From Chiloscyllium plagiosum (Eukaryota): a stretch of DNA of 64,000 bases. Below are positions 11,500 to 25,566 of the stretch, piece after piece. The stretch spans positions 4,414,060 through 4,478,059 of the forward strand of contig NC_057753.1 in the NCBI RefSeq assembly GCF_004010195.1, in the 5' to 3' direction. How positions within the stretch are numbered: the stretch's first letter is position 1; the number at the start of each line of letters is the position of its first letter. The position numbers and the translations under genes were made by a program. The notes beneath the pieces were generated by a model. That model was not told where the DNA came from. It did not search any database and saw only the letters and a program-made list of their open reading frames with translations.

Positions 11500-13005
11500 G
11501 TATCGCTTACAGTTTATTTAGGCTATTGGGAGTTGTTGGAATCAAAGGCAGCGAGTGGTAGGTGTTAGTTTCTTTTGTTCCAGGTGTGGAATTTGTTTGG
11601 TTTAAATAATGTTTTATGTAGTAATGGCTCTTTCAGTCACCAAGAGTTTTCTTTGGGTAGAAGAAGTGATTCTGGGGGTTTTACAAATTGTGAGTAAGTC
11701 AAACCTGTCGGGGTTGCCTGACATTTGGGGTTGGGGTTGCCTTCATCTGTGCAAAAGGAGATGTAATCGCTTCAATAGCACAACATTCAAATTTGTTGGG
11801 AACAACTACGGAATCTTTGGAAATGGCTAGAATTCAGTTGCAGATGAACAGCTTGAACATGAAAGTGAACTGAAACAGTTTGAATTACGGTTGAAAGCAG
11901 TCATAAATAGGAAAGGAAAGGAAAGGTAGGCCCGACTGGAACACAGAGAAAAGGACAGAGGGAAAGAGGATATGAGTGAGAGGGGAAAGGGATAATAGAG
12001 AGAGTTTGAACATCAGAGGTTGGCAATTAGACTGGGAAGTCGATGGAAAATAATGATGTTTAAGGTAGAAGGTAGGCTTAGAAACTGGCTTTTCCTGTTT
12101 TCCGACATCTGTCTTCCCAGTGTGTTTCTAAACCACCGTCAAGCTTGTTTGCAGTGTAAATACCTGGTGGGGCCTGATAATGATCTGTTTAAATATACCC
12201 AAGCATTGCCTAAATTTGATTAGAACAATATAAAAGGCTTTTGCGTCTCACTTCAGGAGTGGCTAACCAAATGGAGTGGCCATGATCGTTTTGGTTTTGT
12301 TGATCTTGTATGTTTGGTAAGGAGAGCTAGTGAAGTATTTGCAACACTGCCAGAGGAGATATCAAAGCAGTATGAGGAGATGACGAAAGCCATCTGCAGT
12401 GCATATGGGCTTGTGCCAGAACCTTAAAGACAACATTGCAGGGATCTGAGGAGGGATCCTGGTCAAACATACTTGGAATTTGAAAGGATAAAACAAAGTA
12501 ATTTTGACAGGTGGATGAGGGCATTCAAAATTGATCAAACATATGACGCACTTGGAGAGACGATCGTTGTGGAGGAGTTCAAGAATTCACGTCCTGAAGT
12601 ATTGAGAACTGACTTGGAAGAACAGAGAGTTAAAATAGCAAGATTAGCAGCTGAAATGGCTGGTTATCATGATTTGCTTCATAAATCAAAGTTTGGTTTC
12701 CAACATCAATTTCAATCAGTGAGGGATTGAAACTGGGGAGAAGAGAAATTCTCAGACCGTAAGTAAAAAATGGATCTAATTGAAGATAAAAAAGATAGCG
12801 TACCACAGGATGAAAAAAAGAACCACGAAGGGGAAAAAAAAGTTAAAAAGGCGTCGGTGATTTCATTTTACTAAAGTAGATTGCATGAAGTCACAGTGTT
12901 AGTCGTTTTGAAAATACACTCAGTACATGGATGTAGGAAAACAGGGTAAACCAGTGAATTTTGTTAAAGTGGTAAAGGAAACTACAATGAAGGATAAAAA
13001 GCTTT
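11500..13005 (+). mobile_element. Degraded gag (SCAN-like region) of a Gmr1-like Gypsy LTR retrotransposon
   Basis: Remnants ALPKFD and LEFERIKQSNFDRWMRA...EEFKNS...EEQRVK.ARLAAEMA plus a decayed Zn-knuckle. The start ATGGCTCTT (11624) is paralleled at 59464. Confidence 0.7.
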
Positions 13006-13544
13006 AATGCACGGTGTCACCAGAAATGCAGTGTAAGTCAATGATGTGTGAAGTCCCATTCTGATATTTCCTTCTCAAGATCAGGCCAGTGTCCTGTCCC
13101 TTTCTGTTAGCTGGTTTGGTCTTTGGCATCACCTTCAGGATGGTTGCCTTTCCTTACGTTCTTGCACCATTTTTTTTTTCAGTACAATTAAATTCTCTGA
13201 CTAACATGGTTATTTGACGGGCTAGCAGTTTTTATTACTTTTAGCTTGGAAGTAGCATCATACTGAATTAGTTTTGCTGGAAGACCCATTTCGGTACTTC
13301 AATTGCCATCTGTGTGGGTGTGATTCATTTACAAACTAACTCAGAGTTGACGCACTAACTGGTTGACACCCTTTTCCCCATATTGTAAATTGCTGTCATC
13401 ATTTGAAATTTGGCAGCTTTGCATTTGCACGAGTGAGTGAAAAAGGAAATATTTGACAGCATGCCTCCCTTTCCTAACAATATTTGAGAATTTTATTATA
13501 CTTGCCAAGGTCTTTAGAACTCTCTCAGCTATGATGCATTTTAC

Positions 13545-13955
13545 ATCTGAGAGAGGCTGAAAAGGATACAGCAGTTTTCTCTGGAGCACCGGAGGCTGCG
13601 GGCTGACCTTGTGGAGGTTCATAAAATCATGATGGTCATGCGTAGGGTGAGTAGGCTGTGTCTTTTCACTGGGATGGGAGGAGTCCAGAACTAGAGGGAA
13701 TATGTTCAGGGTGAGAGTGGAAATATTGGAAAGAGACCTAAGGGTAACCTTTTCACGCAGACGATGGTGCGTGTATGGAATGACTTGGCGGAGGAAATGG
13801 TGGAGGCTGTTACAATTACAACATCTGGATGGGTATATGAATATAGGGATAAAGGGCCGGGTGCTGGCAAGTGGGATTAGATTATGTTGGGGTATCTAGT
13901 CTGCATGGACAAGTTGAACCAAATGGTCTGTTTCTGCGCTGTTCATCTTTATGAG
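13545..13955 (+). mobile_element. CR1 3' end
   Basis: Sequence resembling RRLR.DL.EV.KIM and FFTQRVV, followed by a CR1 3' UTR. Confidence 0.8.
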
Positions 13956-16054
13956 TCCACATTTCTATCATCGACATTTTGTTGTTTTTGGAGCAGATTT
14001 TGGCATCTTGTTTTTCACAGAAACACGCACATGGTCACTTGTGATTTGTGTATTATCCACAAACCTCACATGAGTCATTCTATGCCCTTCAGTGTTGTAT
14101 TATTCTCCTACATTTGCGACAAAATGAGAGCCAATAACTCTGATCATTTCTGTATTCTTTGTACATGGCCATGTCCTTCACTACTCCAGTAGTTATTCAT
14201 TTTCAAATTGAGTGAGGCAACACAATCTCTTTGTCTCCCCGAGACAGTTTTTAACTTAATATTCACTGTAAAACTAAGTGATTGATTAACCACAACCGGA
14301 CTTACGAAGTGATGTTTGGTCCTTTTATATGACGACACATGTATTGCTTTTATGAGCTGATGATTTAACCATGCATATTGGAAGGGTATCAAGACATTAG
14401 CTGGAAGGTACAGCTACCTTCTCAACAGCATGTCCTCTAACAACGTTGTAAAATACGAAATGTTCAGACATTACAACAGATATGCTTTCTAACAGGGCAT
14501 TATTGTCAGGAATAAAAATCGGATGAGGGTACTTTTGCTTGTCTGCATTGATACATTAAAGCTTGATTGAGAGTTCATTTTCCCCTTGTTGTGTGACCCT
14601 ACTTTTACATTCGATTGGTATAGTTTATTGTCTATGTGTTATTGAACTTGCCAGATAGCCATTTTCCGTTTTCATACCTGTATGCTCTCCGTGAAGATGT
14701 TATTTCTCCATGACATTTAAGTTCATATTTTTAAATTCCAGTGACTTTGGCTTTTTTTTTTCAATTGACAGCTAGCCAATCTGATAGAGGTATGTTTAGT
14801 CATAACATGAAGTATGTAATATTACTAATAACCCTAAGATAGTATACTTCTAGAGAGGCCATAATAATATCATATCGTAAGATTTTGGCTCTTCCCATAA
14901 TATCTAGTCTGTCTTGAGGGAAGTCCACTATTATTTTTTCGATATTGAGTAGGTCTTTAATATACATGGTGTTTAAGAATTAATATCTAACATTTCTACT
15001 TCAAGTCTCTCAATGACAATTTTACATAATTTTTGACAATACTGGCCATGATATCACATGGCTTCCACAGGAATAGAGGGAATTGAGTCCACCTCTCTAT
15101 CAGTTGTAATGATGCTCGAACATTTTCTTTTTGTGAGTGTGAACGGAGGTGCATAAGCTTGTTTCATGCAGATGATAATCAACACCCAAATCGACGATAA
15201 TGTCAAGTACCCCTACAATGTCCAGGTTCCCTTCAAAGTTGCATCAGGGTTGAAGTTCCAGTTCATCTCATTTATGAAACTTCCAGTTGTCAGCTTTATA
15301 GTACTCACTTATATTACACATGCACAGCCATGGTTGCAATTCGAACAGCTATTCCCAGTCTTTCTAAGACAACAATGGTAGGAATACAGGGACTGGCAGA
15401 TGTAACATTGTCAGCTCCATTCTCCTGTTCCTCCCATGGACAGCTCAATATATTGTTCAGCTCGCAGACTATTTTCCACCTTCACTGTTGACGCCTCCTA
15501 CATCTCCGCAGATGTCATATGTTGACACCACCCCCTCTCCCAGCCTATCATAAGGCGGGTATCGCCAAGATTTCTGGATTCTACATGCAGCTTTAGTTGT
15601 GAATAGTATTTCCAACTATTCTCCAAACTCACATCTTTCAGCGGACACATAACAGGTATTATAATGTCCACGTAAAATCTGTGTGGAATTTGGCCATATT
15701 CTGGCCTTATCTTTATCCCTACCCAATCTTCCACTCCTGGTACTTGTTACTTTGTAAACTGCTGATCTCTTCCTATGTCCTTAACTGGGTACCTATACTT
15801 GACTTCATTCCAAATCGTGTATAATTGTTTATTCAAATTCCTGGCATATTTATGGATGTTACTATTAAGTGGTCCTATACCGCTCCCGTTGCCACTTATT
15901 CCTTCCAGCCATTTCATAGTTCAACCTGACCATTGGTTCAAAGAGTGTGAATCACGAGTTCTTGTTTGGGCTGGCTGATGAAGCATCAATGTACTTTGCA
16001 GGAATGTCACCACGCTTTCCCATGTCTGCTGAATCGTCATTGCTATATTGCTTT

Positions 16055-17160
16055 TAGAGCATAGAACTGTACAACACAGTACAGGCCATTCGGCCTTTTA
16101 TCCTACTTTAAATCAGACTAATCGACATACCCTTCGATGTGCCTATCCAAAAATTGCTTAATTGTCCCTGATGTATCTGACTCGACTGCAACTGCCGGAA
16201 ATTGCATAAGGTTTGCGAGACATGACCTGCTCCTTACAAAGCCATGCTAACTATCTCGAATCAAACTACCGTTTTCCAAGTAATCATAAATCCTGTCTCT
16301 CAGAATCTTCTCGAATACTTTGCCAATCACTGACGTAAGACTGACTGCTCTGTAATACCTGGGGTTATCCCAACTCCTTTTTTTGAACGGGGAATAACAT
16401 TTTCGACTCTCCAATCATCTGGGAATACTCCAGTGGACAGTGAGAAGGAAAAGATATCACCAAAGCTGCAGCAATCTCTTTGGTATGAAGAGCTTATGGT
16501 AGAAACTTCGACTCTTCTGCTCTTCGGATGCTGCCTGACCGGCTGTGCTTTTTCAGCACCGCACTCTTTGACTCTGATCTCCAGCATCTGCAGTCCTCAC
16601 TTTTCCTGTATCCCATCTGACTCAGGGGACTTATCTATCTTTAAATATTCCAAACAGTTCAGCACATCCTCCTTCTTCACATCAAATTGTTCTGGCATGT
16701 CAGTCTGTTTCACGCTGTCCTCAGAAACGTCAAGGTCCTTTCCCATCATGAATGCTGAAGAAAGGTATTCATTGAGGACCTCCCCTACCTCCTTCGACTC
16801 CAAGCGCACGTTCCCTCCACTATCCCTGATTGGCCTTGCCCTCACTCAGACCATCTTGCTTCTTACATAAGTTTAGAACGCCTTAGGATTTTCCATTAAT
16901 CCTACCCGCTAAAGCTTTTACAAACCACTTCCAGCTCTCTAAGTCCATTCTTCAGTTCCGTTCTGTCTACCTTGCAACTCTCTGAAGCCATGTTTGTTGC
17001 TTGCCTCCTCAACATTAGGTAAGTTTCCTTCTTCCTCTTGACAAGATGTTCCACATCGCTTGTTAGCTAATGCTGTTTCAACCTACCATTCCTTCCTCTG
17101 TCTGACAAACCTGTGCAGCATTATCAGCAAGTGCTTCCTCAACAGGCTCCACATTTCTGT
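16055..17160 (-). mobile_element. Degraded CR1 ORF2 fragment with an inserted Penelope tail (about 16483-16607, +)
   Basis: Remnants EVLNEYLSSAF, IDKSPESDGI and PDDWRVENVIP. The insert contains GATGCTGCCTGACC...CTCCAGCATCTGCAG. Confidence 0.8.
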
Positions 17161-17919
17161 CTTTTGTTATTTGTTTCATGTTTATAATCATGCAACGATC
17201 CGTGGATGCTAGCATATGGATTTTTTCTGTTTGTTTGTTTAATTCTTATTTACTATCATGTCCGTTACATAAAATTATACGTAAAATGGATCACTTGACC
17301 TGTAGCCATATGGACGGAATCCCCACTTGGGTATGATTTCCTGTACTAATATTTTTGTTGTATTATGATCAAACAACGTTCTTGTTTGAAATGTCTGTAA
17401 CCTCCAGGCAAACGGATTTATAATTAAGTTATTTATAAAATTAGAAATGTTCTTAATTCTGCCATACACACTTGAAGTTCATTTTCTCTAATGAGTTAGT
17501 GTCATTCCCTTGTTACTAAGAAAATGATTGTACTACAATCAAATGATTACAATGACATCTTGAGCTGACAGAATATGGATTGTGCTCCGTAGCAAATACA
17601 AACAGGATGAAAGGAGCTTCAACTATAATAACATATTTTGCATCAACTGCTCCATTCATAATCGAGGACAACATGTGACATAACTTTGAACTGGGGTCAC
17701 CATCTATAGTCAGATATGTCAATGTGCATACTAAAACGTGGGACACCAATACAGTCAAAAAGCATTTATTTGTCTGAAGAGTGACAACAAGAAACTTAAA
17801 CATAGTTAGGATGGATGTTTTTTTGTTTTAAATCTGTTTAGTGCATGCAAATAGAAGATAACAATCAGGAATTTAGAGTTGCAAATAAAGTTGGAAGGCA
17901 ATGACGCTGCTTAGAACAA

Positions 17920-18845
17920 AAACCATAGACCCGTACAATACAGTAATGGGTCATTCAGCTCACCGTTGTACCGAACATGGCGCCACATTAAACTAATTCC
18001 TTCTGCCTGCCCTCAGCCCTTATCCCTGCATTTCTTGAATATTCATATGTTTATCTAAAAGTTTCAGTACGCATCATATATTTGCTTCTACCACCATTGA
18101 CAGCGCGTTCAACACTCCTACCACTCTCTGAGTGAAAAACTTGCCCCTCAATACTCTTTGAACTCTCACCCTCCCACTTAAAATGAGTGCCCCCTAGTTT
18201 TAGACATTTCAGCTCAGGGACAAAGATGCTGTACATTCATGTGCTAATTTAACTCACTTCTATCAAGTCTCCCCTCTGCCGCTGAACAGTAAACAATCCG
18301 AGTTTTTCTATCTTCTCCTTATAGTTCATGCAGTCTAATCCAGCCAGCATACTGATAAACGCCTTTTGTATCCTCTCCAAAGCCTCTGTATCCTTCCTGT
18401 AAAGTGGTGAACAGAACTGAATGCTGTATTCTAAGTGTGACCTAACCAAAGTTTTAAAAAGCTTCAACATTACATCCGGACTGCTGTACTCAATTCCCTG
18501 ACCAATAAAGACAAGTATGCTTTAGCACTCTATCCACTTCCATTGTCACTTTCAGGGAGCTTTGGACATGAATCCCGAGGTTCCTCTGTCAGTCAATGCT
18601 GTTCAGTGTCGTGTATTAATGGGATACATTCACTTGACACTTGGTCTTCCAAAGTGCAGCAACTCACACTTACACGGATTAAAATCCATCTGTCTTTTCT
18701 CTGCCCATATCTGCAACTGCTACATACTTAGCTGTATCCTTTGACAATCTTCTACAAAATCCACAACTCCACTGGTATTTGTATTGTCTGCAACTTACGA
18801 AGCCATCTATCTTTACTTTCATCCAAGTAGTTTATGAATATCACA
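17920..18845 (-). mobile_element. CR1 3' fragment
   Basis: LVRSHLEYSIQFCSP...LERIQK...RGDLIEV. Confidence 0.85.
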
Positions 18846-20432
18846 AATTCAAATTCCCAATTCCTACGTCAAATATGGGAAATTGTGTGCACTCATGCGT
18901 GTTAGGCTTATCAAGGAATTGTTGTTATGAAAACTGATTTAATGCAACCTTAGTATGAGAAACAATCTTATAAGACTTGTCACATTTTGATGGAATTAGC
19001 ATACTTCCGTGATCTTGTGTGTTAAGAGATATAAAGAACATAAAATATTTCTCATGATCTTCACAGAAGAATCAAACTAAGGCAAGCAAAGTGCTAGGGG
19101 TAAGGACGTGTCTGGTTTGTTGGGAATTTCACAATTTAAATCAGAATCGAGAGCGTTCAAGACAACAATCATCGAAGCAGATTACAGAGGCTGCTCTTTC
19201 CAATTAACAGGCAAAGAAACAAATAACAATCTTAGCAAATTCACATAATAAACTTAAGATAGGCAATAAACCCAGAGAAATCTGCCAATTTATGAGACAA
19301 GCCACGGCATAATGGGAGGTGACTTTTGTCAATACTCATCACTCTGAAGTCGCACTTATATTAGGCCAGTCACTCTATTTTAATTAATCATCTTGTGGTT
19401 ATGGATTGGAACAAAATGATAAGCAAACACTTTCGGTGACCAAGACGGTTATCATGAGAAAGGTTAAAGACACCTCACTTTCAACTGGCGAAGAAGGAGC
19501 CTCGATGTGTTCAGAAGAACATTTGATCGACTTGAGCAAGGAATGAAAGGACAAAAAAGTTTGTTTGGTTTTCTGCAGTCACAAGTATTTTGTAACTGCT
19601 AGAGAATGAATACATACAAAGTTATGATTTGGATGAAATAGGCACTTTACTAATTACTTGCAATAGTTGCACATATATTTTGAATTCCCAGAACGAGAAC
19701 GAGAACTTTGCATCTCATAACTTGCAAACTTAAAACATGCTTTTTTTTGTTCAGCTTGGCATAATATTTCACATTTTCTGAACATTATGCGACAGTACTG
19801 ACTTTATGTATAGGATATGGTCGTTGCTGGCTGGGCATGCATTTATGGCGCGTTCCAGTTGCTCTTAAATTAGTGGTGGTGAGCTGTTTTATTGTAAAGC
19901 AGAAGTCCATTTAATGCAGTTATATCAAAAAGGCTATGCAGGCAAGAGCTCGAAGATTTTGACCCCAGCGATGGAATAGTGTTCTAAGAATATCTAAGAC
20001 TGGATTTTTAATAGTTAGAAGGCGGAATTGCAGTAATGGTGTTCTCAAGTATCTAAATCCTTCGTGCACCTCAATAATAGCGTTCATGAGTATGAGAAAC
20101 GTTGTCTCTGGAACTTTCATTGATTTTCATGATGAATTTTGTAGATGTTACACTGTACAGTAGTTAGCACATGTGGGAATAACATGTGGGAATACGCACA
20201 TAGAACAAACTGTGGTACATTCTCCCGGGTGCTGTCAAAAATATTCAAAGTACTTTAAACTGCATTCATTGAGGCAAGTGGAGACAATTCCGCCTAGGTT
20301 CGAATCATGCCTTATTCAGAGTTTTGGCAGGCTTTGGGCATCTGGAAGTAAATTGTTGATTGAAGGATTCTTAACCTTTGAGCTCCTCTTGTAGCCAAAT
20401 TATGTGGTGCACTTCAATAGATTGTGGTTTCC

Positions 20433-21349
20433 TTATCTTGAGAATTGATGTAATTTCGCAATTAGACAGAATAGATACTTCACCCCATTCATTAATTCTG
20501 CTCTGAACTTTCGTTGGGTACCACCATAAATAAATGGGTTGATGCAGGAACTGAAAAACTGAAGCATATAGCCAGTTTCCTCTAGTATAAATTTTGATTC
20601 TGTGAAGTCAGAACCTGAGGAATATGCGACATTCGAAATTCGGACATAGAGAACTGTGACAAAAAATACAGAATACAAGAGAATAAAACTTCCTGAGACA
20701 GCAAAGAGTAAAATCATGGACTTTCTTCGTTTCTCCATTTCTGTGTCACTTTGATGTTCTCTGTTGCTCTGAGTCCAAAGTCTCTCCCTGGCTTTATTCG
20801 CAGTTAGAATGTGTCTGACGGTGAGAGCATTGAGCAGTAAAATCAGAATGAATGGGAGACAAGGTGTTAAGATGGTACGAATCAAATCATACGCAGCCCA
20901 TGCAAGTGAAGTATAAAATTCAAATTTAATGCTGCAATACCAGGGAACATTGTTAACTATGTATGTAGGTTCATAAATAAAATACATAAATATATTCTTT
21001 ATACAGCTTAAAATGGAAACAGTAGCTAAAACTAGAGCTGCTGTATTCTGGGTACAATATTTGATTTTAAGCTTCTGACAACAAATGGCAACAAGTCGGT
21101 CGAAGGTAAAAGCAACAGTTAACCAGGCAGAACTATCAATGGCTGCATATATTAAGGAAGAACGAAGACTGCACAGTGGTGTGATGGAAAGGAAACTGGA
21201 TGGGAAGTAAATCCCAGCGATCCGACTCAGTATTACAGCAGTGATCATTACCAGGAGGTCTGTCACCGCCATGGACACCAGGTAATAGGTAATACATCCT
21301 GAGAGGCCGCATCGTCTTCGAGATAGGATGATAATCACTGCTACGTTAG
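20433..21349 (-). CDS. GPR139/GPR142-like GPCR paralog B, coding exon 2 (joined CDS 25480-25411 plus 21349-20433, 328 aa)
   Basis: Motifs MAVTDLL, TPLCS, FTFDRLVAIC, PWYC, TPCLPF, CINPFIY and KFRAEL. Acceptor tttcag|CT gives phase 1. Confidence 0.92.
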
Positions 21350-21381
21350 CTGAAATTGATGAAAATATACAAAAAGAGCAA

Positions 21382-24300
21382 AGAACAAAGAAAATTACAG
21401 CACAAATACAGTACCTTCAGCCATCGAAAGCTGCACAAATCTACATCATCGATATAAACATGTCACCTATTTTTTTAAGGATCTGTATCCCTCTTCTCCC
21501 TGCCCTTTCATGTATCTTTCTAGGTGCAGCTTAAATGATGCAATTGTGCCCATGTCTACTAATTCCGCTGGCAACGTATTCCAGGAACCCACCACCGTCA
21601 GCGTAAAGAACCTCACAGGCATATCTCCCTTAAACATTTCTCCTTTCATCTTGAATTCATGACCCCGAGTAAATGAGTCCCCTGCTCTGGGGAAAAAGCT
21701 ACTTGCTATCCACCCTGTCTACACCTCGCATGATTTTGTCGACCTCAATCAGGTCACCCCTCAACTTCCATCTTTCTGAGGAAATTAATCGTAATCTCCT
21801 CAACGTCTCTTCATAGCTGGCGCCCTCCATTCCAGGCAACATTCTGGTGAACCTCCTCTGCAACCTCTCGAAAGCATCAACATCATTTTGGTAATGTAGC
21901 GACCAGAACTGTATGCTGTATTCCATTTGTGGATGAACCAAAGTCCGAGATAGATGTTATCTGACCTGCCAACTCTTGTACTCAATACTCCGTCTGATAA
22001 GGAAAGCATACCATATTGATCACTCCATCTACCTAAGTTACCATCTTCAGGATACAATGGATCCAAACACCCAGATCGCTCTGTGCATCAATTTGCCCCA
22101 GGGTTTTTCTATTTACTGCATAGTTCGCTCTTGAATTGACTCTTCCAAAACGCATCACCTCGCATTTGCCTGGATTGAACTCCAGCTGCCATTTCTCTGC
22201 CCAGCTCTCCAATTTATCTATATTCTGCCACGTTCTATGAGAGTCCCTATCACTAGCGCTACTCAACCAATCTTACTGCCATTTGCAAACCTGCTAATCA
22301 GACCACCTATGCATTCCTCCAGATCTTTTATTTGGTTCCACCATGGATCCCTGTGGAACATCACTGATCACAGTTCTCTATTTTTTTGAAATTCCTTTTC
22401 ACTGTTATTCTTTGTCTTCTGTTGCCCAGCGAGTTCTCTATCCATCCAGCTAGTACACCTTGGACCCCATATTACTTCACTTTCTCCAACAGCCTACCAT
22501 GGGGAGTCTTATCAAAAGCCTCACTGAAGTCCATGTACAGGACATCGACAGTGCTTCCCTTATTAAAGTCTTGGTCACTTCCTCAGAAAATTCTATTGAG
22601 TTGGTAAGACATGACCTTCTCTGCACAAATTCACACTGCCTGTCACTGATAAGACCATTTCTTCCAAACGCAAACACATCCTATCACTCCGTATCTTGTC
22701 CAGCAGCTTCCCCACCACTGACGTTTGGCTCTCCGGTCCGTAGTTACCTGGATTATCCCTGATACCTTTCTTAACCAAGGGCACAGCATTACAAATTCGC
22801 CAGTCTTGCGGGACTTCACCCGTGTTCAACGATGCTGCAGATATATCTGTTAATGTCCTGGCTATTTCCTCTGTTACTTCCTTCAGTAACGTGGGATAGA
22901 TCCCATCCAGACATGGAGACTTGTCCACCTTAATATCTTTTGAATACCCAAACTTCCTCCCTCCTTAAGCCGACTTGATCGACATTAATCAAACGTTTAT
23001 CCCTAACGTCAACATCGATTGTGTCCCTCTCCTCGGTCAAAATGGATGCAAATTTATCATTAAGAATCTCAGCCATTTTCTCTGACTTCACCTATAACTT
23101 TCGTCTTTTGTCGTTGAGCATGCCAACATCTTCTTATTTACCTTCTTGCTCCTTATATACGAATAAAGGCTTTGGCATTTTCCTTAACCCTGTTTGTTAA
23201 AGATATATGATGACCCTTTTAGCCCTCTTAATTCCTCGTTTCAGATGAGTCCTACTTTCCCCATATTCTTCCAAAGCTCCGTCTGTTTTCAATCACATAG
23301 AGCTAGCGTATGCTTCCTTTTTCCTCTTTTCACCTGTCATCCATTGGTCCCCCAATCTTGTCAGTTCTATCCCTCATTTTCACAGGGACGTGTCTGCCCT
23401 GCACTCTAATCAATTTCTCGTTCAAAGCCTCCAACATATCAATCGGGAATTTACCTTCAAACTGCTGCTCCCAATCCAGCTCCTGCCGAATTTTGCTATA
23501 GCTGGCCTTCCCCTAATTTAGGGCCAGTCTCGTCTTTGTCCATGGGTATTCTAAAACTTACAGAATTGTGATCACTATTCCAAAAGTAATCCACTACTGA
23601 AACGGCAACCACCTGGTCAGGCTCATACCCCAACACCAGGCTAAGTTTGGCCCCTTTCCACTTTGGAATATTTATATACTGCTGTATAAAACCCTCCTGG
23701 AACCTCCTGACAAACCCTCCTCCATTTTCACCTCTAATACCAAGTGAATCCCAGTCAATGTTGGTAACATTAAAATCTCCTATCACCACCACCCTGTAGC
23801 TCCTACGTTTTTCCATAATCTGTTTATATATTTATACCTTTATCTCATGCTTGCTGTTGGGATGCCTGTAGTACAGCCCCAACGTTGTTACCATATCCTT
23901 CCTATTTTTGAGCTCTGCCTATATTGCCCTCCTTCAGCACAGCTATGATATCCTTTCTGACAAGTAATGCAACTCCTCCACCCCTTTTACCTTCCTCTCT
24001 GCCCTGCCTGAAGCGTCTAATTCCTGGCATATTTAGTTGCCAATCACGACCTTCCCTCAATCAAGTCTCAGTAATAGCAATAATATCATATTCCTAGGAG
24101 CAAATGCAAGACCTAAGTTCACCTGCCTTACCTACTACACTTTGATTAGATTCCCTACAGCATGGAAACAGGCCCTTCGGTCCAGCAGATGCACACTGAC
24201 CATCCGAAGATTTACCGACCCAGACCCATTCCCCTCTGACTAACGCACCTATCACTAGGGGGAACTTTAGCATGGCCAATTGATCTGGCCTGCTCATCTT

Positions 24301-24870
24301 TGAACTTTGGGAGAAAACCAGGGCACCTGTCGGAAACCCACACAGACACGGAGAGAGTGTGCAAACTCCACACAAGCAGCCGCCCGAGGCCGGAATCGTG
24401 CCTAGATCACTGAGCCACCGTGCCGCCTGTAACATCTCACAATAAAACAAATACACCTCAGACCACCTGTCCCTTTGCATTCGTCATCTGCTCCATGCCT
24501 ACTCTTTCCCTTAGTCACGCTGACTTCATTGTCTAGTTCCTTACAGGCTTTAGTTACTACCTCCTTACTGTCCACTAGCCTCGTCATTTGATTCCCATCT
24601 CCCTGCCACCCTCTTCAACAGCGTTAGCAAAAGCATCCTCAAGGACATTGGCTTCAGTCTGGCCCAGGTGTAATCGTTCCACCTTCCCCAGAACTGATCC
24701 CAATGTCCCAAAAGTCTGAACCCCCTCCCTCCTGCACTAGCTCTCAAGCCACGCATTCATTCTGTTAATTCTTTCATTTCTAATCTGACTTGCACACGGC
24801 ACTGGTAGCCATCCTGAGGTTGCTAACCCTGAGGTCCTACCATTTGACTTGGCTCCTAACTGATTCAATT
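21382..24870 (-). mobile_element. Long degraded CR1 (ORF1 esterase remnant plus ORF2 EN/RT) filling the intron of paralog B
   Basis: Remnants GFRLLGHWDQFWGRW (ORF1), VVIGDFNVTNIDW and SDHNSV (EN), DKSPCLDGIYP and EYSIQFWS (RT side), and a 3' tail near 21382-21430. Confidence 0.9.
24144..24428 (-). mobile_element. HE1-type SINE inserted in the CR1
   Basis: V-domain in reverse complement and the GATTAGATTCCCTACAG tail. Confidence 0.88.
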
Positions 24871-25410
24871 CTGCATTTCACCCAGAGGAGCAAACCCACA
24901 ATAATATAATTACTTAGCCTCGGTAACAATGAAATACTGCAATCAAATTTTACTTGCAGAAAGAAAATTATTAAGAGCGTGTAGATCTCCTGAGATGATA
25001 TGGAAAATGAGGCGAACTAAATAATTAAGTACATGCAACGAGATCCATAAGAAGAAAAAACGTGCCACTTGAAAGCTGTTGCATCTTATTATTCAGATAT
25101 TTTAAAGAAAATACAATTTAGATGCTATAACAAAAACATCGCAAAAGTGCAAGAAGTAATAGAAACATATCATGCTCCTCAATGGCGGAATTTATCGGAT
25201 TGAAATCTGCCAAAAATATCCCAAAGCAACAAAAAATATTATCCTGAAAAAGTGATATTTTTAAAAGTTTGATGTGAGAGGGCGACTGAGGAATTAAGAA
25301 GTAATGTACTTTTAATCAGAAGAATTGGTATGTGTATCTTATTGATGCACCGATATTAAATGGGAACATTCATAATGAAGAGTAGGAAACTATTCATTAA
25401 AGCGGCTTAC

Positions 25411-25480
25411 CTGGGACACCAATAGCTGCTAAGATAGGATAGTAAATAACAAACACGAGGCCTGTTGGTGTTACATGCAT
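25411..25480 (-). CDS. GPCR paralog B coding exon 1 (MHVTPTGLVFVIYYPILAAIGVP)
   Basis: 70 nt from ATG to donor CAG|GTAAG, phase 1. Confidence 0.9.
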
Positions 25481-25531
25481 TTCGACCAGAAGATTTTGAT
25501 TTATTCTGTCAAACCGTAAAAAGCAGTCACA

Positions 25532-25566
25532 TTTATGCCCAATGTCAGTCTCTCGGGGGCTAATCA
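25532..25566 (-). promoter_or_regulatory. Paralog B proximal promoter
   Basis: CATAAA (minus strand, 25532-25537), CTCTCGGG (25550-25557) and TAATCA (25561-25566). The two motif offsets from the ATG (70 and 81) are the same as in paralog A. Confidence 0.6.
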
